Positions 56,019 to 64,000 of a DNA stretch of 64,000 nucleotides are shown here, piece after piece. The stretch's first letter is position 1. Each line of letters starts with the position of its first letter. The stretch comes from TPA_inf: Saccharomyces (Eukaryota): positions 544,001-608,000 of the forward strand of contig BK006945.2 in the NCBI GenBank assembly GCA_000146045.2, given 5' to 3'. The notes below the pieces were generated by a model. It searched no databases, was not told the DNA's origin, and saw only the letters and a list, made by a program, of their open reading frames with translations. A program made the translations under genes and the position numbers.

Positions 56019-58463
56019 TTACATAAAAGCTGAAAAGTTTGTAGTGGTCATAGAAGGTAACCCACCTCCTAAGAAATCCAGCATCATATGCATACCACCA
56101 CCTCCACTATACTCATCAACATCCTGTGGTAAAACCTGTGATACGCTATCCAAGAACCACACTTTGTCCTTTATTTCTGTGGTATAACCTCTCAATAATG
56201 TATAGTAAGACCTCATTATTCTCATGGCCCCTAGGTCGCCTGTCATTAATAATGCTAAAAAAGTCCTATCCAAAAGAGCAGGAAATGAGAAGACTCTCAA
56301 CATAAAATCTAATTGATTTTTTTCGCGATGCAGTTTGTCCAAATATGCTAAAGTTATCAAGTACGGTGAATCAATTTCTACGGGATATAAATCTGCTATA
56401 CTTTCGTCAAAGCATACGAGTTCCGATATCGTATTATTGTTATTTCCATCACCATTATTGCTATTGTCATTATCATTATTATGATTACTTTGGTTGATTA
56501 CAGCTTCACCCAAATCACTCAAGTCAACAGAAATTAAGTTATAAAACTTGGATGTCTCCGACAGGGGCCATACAGCAGTTAGTATAGTTACGGCGCCTTT
56601 AACATGGAAAATCCATGCCGTTGGTGAGCTGCTTGAAGCATTTGCCAATGAATCTAGGATTAATATTAGAGCACTAGCCACCAAAGCATCTGTGTTATCA
56701 TCTGAAATTTCGAGCACAGCCTCTCTTAACAGTCTCAACGCTTCTAAACGATGACTAGACACGTAGTTATCCAAGCCGGCTTCAGTTCTGGACAAATGAG
56801 TGGCGCTAAAAGCCAAAATTGTATGCATCAAGAAGGGAAAATGAAAAGCCAAATCCGGAATATAAGTGCTCCATACTTCAGGACCAGAAATGCCTGCTTC
56901 GGTTATGGTATGCCATACGTCAGTACAATAGTGATGAAAAAGTTTTAGATCTATCAAATTCAAATTTGATTTTCTAGACAGCCCGACTAATTCAGGGACT
57001 AGTCGTGAGGCTGATGAAGCGTTTGAATGGGGAGAAGATTGTTGTTGAGTGTGAGAATTTGATGAACGTGGAGACAATGCCTCCGAGTTGGATAACAGGT
57101 CACCCATTGGGGACGTCTTCAAAGTAGGAGAATTTCCCAAAGCGGTCCTGTTGTCCGGTATAGATAACAATGACTTTGTAGAGGTTACATTGGATACTCC
57201 CGTTGAAGGGGACGCAATGTTTTGATCTATGGAAGGTTTGGACAACGTGTGTGGGGGACTGATTGTGAGACCGGTATTGTCGATTATCAAGTTTTTGTTA
57301 TGAGATAGTATATCAGAAGCAGTAACTTTATTTTCGTTTCCGTTAAGGGGGTTATTGCCCGAATTAACAGCATCCGTCTTAGTATTATCCAATGGGTTCT
57401 TCGTAAATTGCTTGTTTTTGTCCTCCTGTTCCTGTTGCATATTTGCGAGTGCCTCCTCTGCTGTGCTAACTTTGATTGCTCTGTTATTAGATGTAGCAAA
57501 CTTTCCGAGGCCAAATAACTCTTGAAACTCAGAGGCCATTCCATTTGCAGCACCGTATGGAAATAATGTATTGAAGCTCTTCATATTGAAGTTCAAGCCC
57601 ATCTTGTTCAATTGCGCTAGCTGGTCGAAGGGAATATTGCTGAAGGGGGACTGTGTTCCTTGTTGTTGTGGAATTTGCTGATTTTGTTGTTGAAGTTGTG
57701 GCTGCTGCAATCCATTCGTCACCGAATTTAGCCTACCAGGCGAGAGTAAGCCGTTAAGGCTACTTGATAAATTCATGGCCGTTGATTGAAAACTAGGTGT
57801 TATCGGTATACTCAATGGCGAATTCCCTGGTAGGGCCATGTTTGGGTGGTTGTTGTTTATCATTGAACTGGGAGCTGTTTGTGTTATATTATTATGCGCT
57901 TCAGCTCCATTTGCACTGCTGTTGGTACTGTTACTGGTGTTATTCACTAAACTCGCTAATAGGTGCGGTAACAAAAGATTCTCCATATTATTGGATACGG
58001 ATGGAGGAACGCTATTAGGGGAATTGCTTTGTTCATCAGTACCAACATGTGGCAACAGTTGCTGCTGTAACTGAACTTGCTGTTGTTGACGAAATTGCTG
58101 TTCTTGTTGATGATGAAGTTGCTGTTGTTGTTGTTGTAACATGATGGCATTGTCACTCAGATTTTTCTTGCCTACCCTATCGTGGACCGCTGATGCAAAT
58201 TTTGACGACGAAGAATCTTTTCTTCTTCTTGGCTGAATAGGGCTGTAAACACAGTCCAATTTCATGTTTGTACATTTCTTGCAAAATGGTTTGCCTTCAT
58301 CACATTTTACTCTTCTTCTTTTACAATTGTCGCAACCGGTCTTGGACTTGTTATGAAACTTCCGTTTCCCTGTCGAAGTCTTGCTCACTTTCTTGCCCCC
58401 AACCTCAATCAGTTCAGCATCCTTCTCTCTTTCTTGTCCAGCATTCCCATCATCGGATGTCAT
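56019..58463 (-). CDS. ECM22: Zn2Cys6 sterol-regulatory transcription factor
   Basis: 814 aa, ATG at 58463. Zn(II)2Cys6 cluster [29 protein letters not shown]-rich and N-rich low-complexity regions. Confidence 0.9.
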
Positions 58464-60211
58464 GTTATGTTAGATGGAGATCTATGGATAAACGAAATAT
58501 AAACCTTAAATGAAAAAAACCGTCGACTTAACTCCTCTATATTATGTAAAGGCGAAATGTTATTTGTGCCTTTGAAAAGTGGAGGTCTTGGTTGCTTCTC
58601 CTTCGACGATAATCGATTTCGGTGACTAGTTAGTAGATGATGTAATCGTAGACGCAGGGAACCCTTGCTTTTCCCCAATCGTAACAAAAAAAAACAAGGG
58701 GAAATAAACTATTAGATAGTACGAGTTCGTTAAGTTAAAAAAAAGGCTATAAAAGTCGAAGAACGAATGATTACGACCAACATCTATTGTTCAAACTTGC
58801 CTTCGTTGAGTTTATCGAACGCGCTCGTTTAAATTTTTCCGACAAGAACGAGGAACGAGTCACCAATTACGTTTTCGGCTCTGTCGGTTGCAGGATCTGT
58901 AAAAGCGATATAGATACACACGTCAGCATGAAGCTCTTATGATTTGGCGAGTAGTGTTAGTACGTTAAATGCTACGACTCGGCATATACTGTGCTCGTTT
59001 TTATCAGTTTCATCCGAGGATTGTAGCCTTTTTTTTTCATTTGTTGATGTTTCTCTAGTATTTTCCGTCTTGTAGTGGTTTCGGGTATGTTGAACATAAA
59101 CATTAAAAAAGACGATTAAATAAACTTGAGTTTGTACAAAGGAAAGCTGTAGTCATAGAGTATTTAGAAAAAAAAGCAGCCACAGTTTACATGAAGATGT
59201 GACCAATGAGGAGGCATCGGTTTGCCTTTGAATCTCAATCGCTTGAAAATTGAGTTCTTTTCGAATGATGACACCTCCGAGAAATGGCATTTCTATGCTA
59301 GCGCCACTCTACCCTTTCAAACGTCCGTACTCATATGAAGTTTCATCCTTCACGCAGCGATCTAAAAAGTTGTAAAAAAAAATACATTTAGGCCTAGCTA
59401 TATATGCTACTATGTATCATTCAGTGAAATGGCTGAGGTTATATAAAATACTGGGAGGTCGTTTTTACGCTAAAGCAGACCTTGCGGATCTTTTCCTGTA
59501 GAATATATTTGTAGCATAAGTCCAATTTTACGGGCGCATTTTCAAAATCAAGGTGATATTGACATATTTTGAAGAGCACCCAATGGGCTAGCTGCAAGAA
59601 CAAAGAGACCAGAAAGCCTAGAATTAAATGCCAGAAAAATGGAAATTTATTCTAGACAAAAATTGTTCGGCACCTCTACAGACGTTTAACGAACCTGGTC
59701 CGGCCTTTGAGGCGATCAAAAAAAGGCCCATTTTTGTGTTCCGCGTAATTGGTTTGCGCCTTTCCATGGAGCTTGGTGGGCGACATTCTCAAACTGGTTT
59801 CCTGATACATCATGCACGCCCGTAAAGGGTTTAAGTATTGATTGCTAGCCTGAATGTTTCATATGCATACCGTGTCTATGCAACGAATATATTTCAGAAA
59901 AAAGCACGAAAGCCAAATTTTTGATGTTAAGAGGTGTTTTTGCCCGTAAACGGAGAAGACGTGGTAGGACTCGCAAATGTCGCGTTTAGCGTTGAAGAAC
60001 ATGGAAGTATTGAACGTTTGGGGCTTGACGGCTCGACTTTTTTGCACTACTCCGCCTTGAACAGACGGATGATCCTGGCGCAAGAAACAAAGAGAATCAA
60101 CTCTGAGCAAAGCGAAAAAATGAAATACAACGATAATAAAAGGATAGGAAGGTGTATATATAAGTTAATTTTAGATATAGATTAAGAAAAGATGGGCATA
60201 TACTAATATGA

Positions 60212-60787
60212 CTACAAAATTGCACATTTTTTACTTTTCTTGATAACAGGAGGCTCCAAGGCGGCCACGATAGCTTCATCGAATACATTCTTCAAACCGC
60301 GTTGTGTTAGTGCCGAACACTCGACATATTTTACTGCTTTCAGTTCTCTTGCTAACCTGGAACCTTGTTCTGATGTAATCGGACGTAATCTTTGTCTTTG
60401 CAACTTCTCGATGATTACCTTGTCATCCCTTAGATCAATCTGCGTACCGACGACCAGGCATGGTACACCTGGACAATGGTGATGTACTTCAGGGAACCAT
60501 TTTTCTTTAACGTTTTCAAAAGAGGGTGGGGAAATAACACTGAAACAAACCAAAAATACATCAGTAGAAGGATATGACAAGGGTCTCAATCGATCGTAAT
60601 CTTCTTGACCGGCCGTATCAAACAAACCTAACGTATATGGTTCATCACCAATCATCACAGTCACCGCATAGTTATCGAACACTGTTGGAACATAGTCGGC
60701 TGGAAATTGATTCGTTGTATAGGAGATTAGAAGGCACGTTTTCCCAACAGCACCATCACCGACAACAACACACTTTAGCGTTTGCAT
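60212..60787 (-). CDS. CDC42: Rho-family GTPase Cdc42
   Basis: 191 aa, ATG at 60787. Starts [29 protein letters not shown] and ends in the CAAX box CAIL. Confidence 0.97.
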   Translation of the reverse strand: MQTLKCVVVGDGAVGKTCLLISYTTNQFPADYVPTVFDNYAVTVMIGDEPYTLGLFDTAGQEDYDRLRPLSYPSTDVFLVCFSVISPPSFENVKEKWFPEVHHHCPGVPCLVVGTQIDLRDDKVIIEKLQRQRLRPITSEQGSRLARELKAVKYVECSALTQRGLKNVFDEAIVAALEPPVIKKSKKCAIL

Positions 60788-61299
60788 TTTGTGGAAGAGC
60801 TAATACGTTTATTTCTTGTTTTATAAGTTTTGCTTCTCTAATTCGTTTGTTAACCTATCTCCTCAGGAAAATAGAATAGTATAATAAATAACGAATATAA
60901 TTTTTTGCGACAAAGGAAACCTATTGCAAAAAGTGAAGAATGACAGAGAAGGATAATCAGTATATCTCGGTACACCTGGAACCTATTTATCAAAACGCTG
61001 CTCTTGCCTTTTCCAAGAATCGCGTCTATCATCGATCAATCAACCTTGTTTGCTTTTTTTTATCACTTTTTCCCGTATCTTGTTTCATTTGGAAGGGCCC
61101 AATGGAAGCAGTATTACCCGTATTGAATGACCCTTGAATCGACGGTGGAAGACATCTTTAATGCGATGTTTAGAAGACAATGTGCCGTATTTACCTGTAT
61201 ATGTGGATTATCTAACAGTCTACAATACAAAATTAGGTGTAACGTAGCTACAACAGTTGATAGAAATAATGCAACTTTTTTTAAAAAAAAAAGAGAAAG

Positions 61300-61432
61300 T
61301 GCTCGAGGTGGGGATTGAACCCACGACGGTCGCGTTGCTTTTAAAGGCCTGTTTGAAAGGTCTTTGGCACAGAAACTTCGGAAACCGAATGTTGCTATAA
61401 GCACGAAGCTCTAACCACTGAGCTACACGAGC
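61300..61432 (-). tRNA. tI(UAU): tRNA-Ile(UAU) with a 60-nt intron
   Basis: Minus strand GCTCGTGTAGCTCAGTGGTTAGAGCTTCGTGCTTATA[60-nt intron]ACGCGACCGTCGTGGGTTCAATCCCCACCTCGAGCA. T-run Pol III terminator downstream. Confidence 0.9.
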
Positions 61433-61757
61433 ATTTTCGAAAGAGACGTAAATTAAATTGTTATTTATACCGTAGATGATTGTTTTTCACGAAATTACCC
61501 TTTTGAGTTCCGGCTTGTTTCGTTCAACAGTACTACCACTGATAAGTTAGCTTCATTATTGGAAGAAGGTTGATAAATGAAAGAAGATTCACGACTATGC
61601 ACGGCAACTGGTAAGTAATACACGGGCCCAGATATTTATTTTAATTCTTGGAAAGAAAGTATAAATTTATAGGTTCGCTATCAGTAAGTATACGAATTTC
61701 AAACTACGTCATATATAATATCCAAAAGAAGATGAAGGCGATGCGGTCACTCTAGGA

Positions 61758-63119
61758 CTACAACTTATCCATCGCCTCATTTAGTGCATTCACCGCAATG
61801 TATACATCTGAAAATGTATTATATAAGGGAGCAGGAGCCAATCTAATTACGTTTGGTCTTCTTGCATCGCCAATGACACCATGGTCATGCAAATATTGGA
61901 AAACTTTGGGCATAATATCCTCTTTTCCAGTGTCAGAATCGAAGTAAAGTGACAATTGGGCGCCATGTTCTTCATCTGTGCTTGTTGGAGTTAATATTGT
62001 AAAAAAACATGGTAATTTCTCGATCCTTAAAGGGTGTTTGTAATACTTGGAGGCTTCCAACAGTTCCGTCATATAGTTCGTCAGCAACAACGATCTTTTA
62101 CGAACTTCATTAATACCATTAAACTTCGCAAATAATTCCAATGAACTTCTCAATGCCACTGTGTCAATAACGCTTGGATTAGATTGCCTGAATCCCAATG
62201 CTCCTGGAATCGGCTCGAATACTTCCAGCATTTGAAATCGCTTAGCAGGATCATTGCCCCACCAACCAGCTAATCTTGGCAAACTTTCCTTAGCAGGGTC
62301 TGGTTTAGTATGCTTCGAGTGGACAAATAAGCCACCAATTCCACCAGGCCCGGCATTCAAGTACTTGTAAGAACACCAACAGGCAAAGTCAACACCCCAA
62401 TCATGAAGTTGCAATGGGACGTTCCCTACAGCGTGTGCTAAATCCCATCCAACCAATATGTCGGGGAATTGGTGGGCAAATGAGGTGATTCGGCCAATAT
62501 CGAAATATTGCCCCGTGTAATACTGAACACCTGACAAACAGACCAGCGCCAATTCATCTTGATTTACCTCTATGGTATCCAGGATATCTTGAGTTCTGAT
62601 ATAAGTCTCTCCCTCGCGTGGCTCGATCTGAATAAAAACATTCTCAGGTTCCGAAATTCCATGAATTTTGCACTGGTTGTAGAAAGCATAATAGTCTGAT
62701 GGAAAGGAGCCCTTTTCAAAAAGGATCTTGAATCTTTTCTCAGTAGGTTTATAAAACGTAATTAACAATGAATTCAAATTTGCAGTGAGACTATTCATTA
62801 CTGCAACTTCATTTTCTTGAGCACCCACGATGGGGGCTAGTAGTGGAAGAATAGGTAAGTCAATGCTGACCCAAGGCACCTTTCCTCTGGCTTCTTCAGG
62901 ATGTTTGAAATGCGATTCCACAGCACAATCGCTCCACGCATCTAGCTCAGCATTAATTGAATTCCTAGTTGACTTCGGCATCAAACCTAAAGAATTCCCG
63001 CATAAGTACGTCACAGGCTTATCGTCGGACGATAGTCCCATGGATTTAAATGTAGGGATGTTGAATTCATCCCTCAGAGATTCCGGATATTCTCCGTCTA
63101 ATTCCAAAGCTTTCTCCAT
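61758..63119 (-). CDS. BNA5: Kynureninase (PLP-dependent, NAD biosynthesis)
   Basis: 453 aa from the ATG at 63119 (MEKALELDGEYPESLRDEF). The ORF-track start at 63146 is GTG. Aminotransferase class V fold motifs. Confidence 0.88.
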   Translation of the reverse strand: MEKALELDGEYPESLRDEFNIPTFKSMGLSSDDKPVTYLCGNSLGLMPKSTRNSINAELDAWSDCAVESHFKHPEEARGKVPWVSIDLPILPLLAPIVGAQENEVAVMNSLTANLNSLLITFYKPTEKRFKILFEKGSFPSDYYAFYNQCKIHGISEPENVFIQIEPREGETYIRTQDILDTIEVNQDELALVCLSGVQYYTGQYFDIGRITSFAHQFPDILVGWDLAHAVGNVPLQLHDWGVDFACWCSYKYLNAGPGGIGGLFVHSKHTKPDPAKESLPRLAGWWGNDPAKRFQMLEVFEPIPGALGFRQSNPSVIDTVALRSSLELFAKFNGINEVRKRSLLLTNYMTELLEASKYYKHPLRIEKLPCFFTILTPTSTDEEHGAQLSLYFDSDTGKEDIMPKVFQYLHDHGVIGDARRPNVIRLAPAPLYNTFSDVYIAVNALNEAMDKL

Positions 63120-63424
63120 AATTACCAGTTTGTTTCTTTTTTCCACAGAATATTTAGGCTTAATATGTACGTATTGACAGCATATATATTTGCTGTCTTG
63201 AATTTATTATGCTAATAAATAATTATGTTTTTCAAGCGCAGTCACCTATTTCCAAAGCGATGGGTTTGTCCGTGCCGTAGACGGCATCCCGTCGTTTTAA
63301 TAACCGTTATAAAAACCGCCCCCATATTTTCGTGGGTTGACGACGACAGGCGTGGACGACGTTAATTGACGTCGTCATAATATATTTCATATTATGATTT
63401 TTTCCCTCACCATTACTTGTTCTC

Positions 63425-64000
63425 TCAAGTAGGAGTATCTGGCACTTGGACGGTGATGTCCTCATCAGCATCAATTGCTTCGTCTGGATATGAGAGAAAA
63501 TCAGAGGATAGTGGGCCAGTGATAGTTTTTCTCCCTCGTGAAGCAGCATGTTTTACCAACTCAGAAGAAACGCCATCTTTTTCTGGGAGCGGAGACAATT
63601 TTTTTGTTCTCCGGACATTTGCAAATTGTTTTTCCAGTTCTGTCACAGCTATTTTCCCGGCTCTTTTGCGCTGTTGTTCATCTCTTTTGGCCTCAACTTT
63701 TCTCGAAGAGACTACTCTTTCCTGTTGTGTTTTTACATTTATTTTGGAGGAAATTTCCGATAATGCTATTTGGCGTTTTATTTTAATATTTGGGCTTATT
63801 AAATCAAACTTATATTTGCTGGCATTCCATATGACGCCGGTGTCATTTTTCTCTAAAAATTTCATGCCAGAAAATATTATTGATCTAATTCGCAGAACAC
63901 ATTCTTCTTTTGGAGAAAGCACTTTAGTCAATGTAGGGCATCCAATTATATTATTAATCATGTCGGGAGAATCATACACATAATCGTCATTAAAATCTGT
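63425..64000 (-). CDS. EST1: Telomerase subunit Est1, C-terminal part only; the gene continues past the window end
   Basis: The minus-strand frame is open to the window edge. Stop at 63425. C-terminus ...DEDITVQVPDTPT. Position after BNA5 fits YLR233C. Confidence 0.7.
   Translation of the reverse strand, partial: TDFNDDYVYDSPDMINNIIGCPTLTKVLSPKEECVLRIRSIIFSGMKFLEKNDTGVIWNASKYKFDLISPNIKIKRQIALSEISSKINVKTQQERVVSSRKVEAKRDEQQRKRAGKIAVTELEKQFANVRRTKKLSPLPEKDGVSSELVKHAASRGRKTITGPLSSDFLSYPDEAIDADEDITVQVPDTPT

Noticed and set aside
63417-63983. 188-aa plus-strand ORF opposite the EST1 C-terminal region
   Set aside because: It overlaps EST1 antisense almost exactly, which is characteristic of a shadow ORF. 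It may correspond to a dubious ORF annotation but has no independent support.

Overview
This window is nuclear DNA from the Saccharomyces cerevisiae chromosome XII right arm. It reads as a contiguous, syntenic block from the 3' part of PWP1 (YLR196W) to the 3' end of EST1 (YLR233C). Every large ORF matches a known yeast protein by sequence, length and gene order. I recognise 31 protein-coding genes, two of which carry introns that the ORF track missed (PBA1 and ATG38), and two intron-containing tRNA genes, tL(UAG) and tI(UAU). The main accessory feature is a full-length Ty1 retrotransposon of 5,918 bp with 334-bp LTRs, a GAATA target-site duplication and an intact Gag-Pol with the +1 frameshift site. 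It sits in a cluster of LTR remnants about 0.5 kb upstream of the tRNA-Leu gene, which is a typical Pol III-proximal Ty hotspot. The ORF track opens many ORFs at non-ATG codons (TTG or GTG rendered as M), so about 12 gene starts were corrected to the first in-frame ATG. Promoter motifs fit the known biology of the neighbouring genes: Mac1 CuREs and an Aft1 FeRE at FRE1, Yap5 sites at CCC1, PAC/RRPE pairs at the ribosome-biogenesis genes NOP56, RSA3 and UTP13, and an Ndt80 MSE at CRR1. I found no evidence of a previously undescribed system. Everything is explained by well-characterised yeast genes, mobile-element remnants and low-complexity coding repeats. Gene identities rest on my recall of yeast proteins and gene order, not on a database search.
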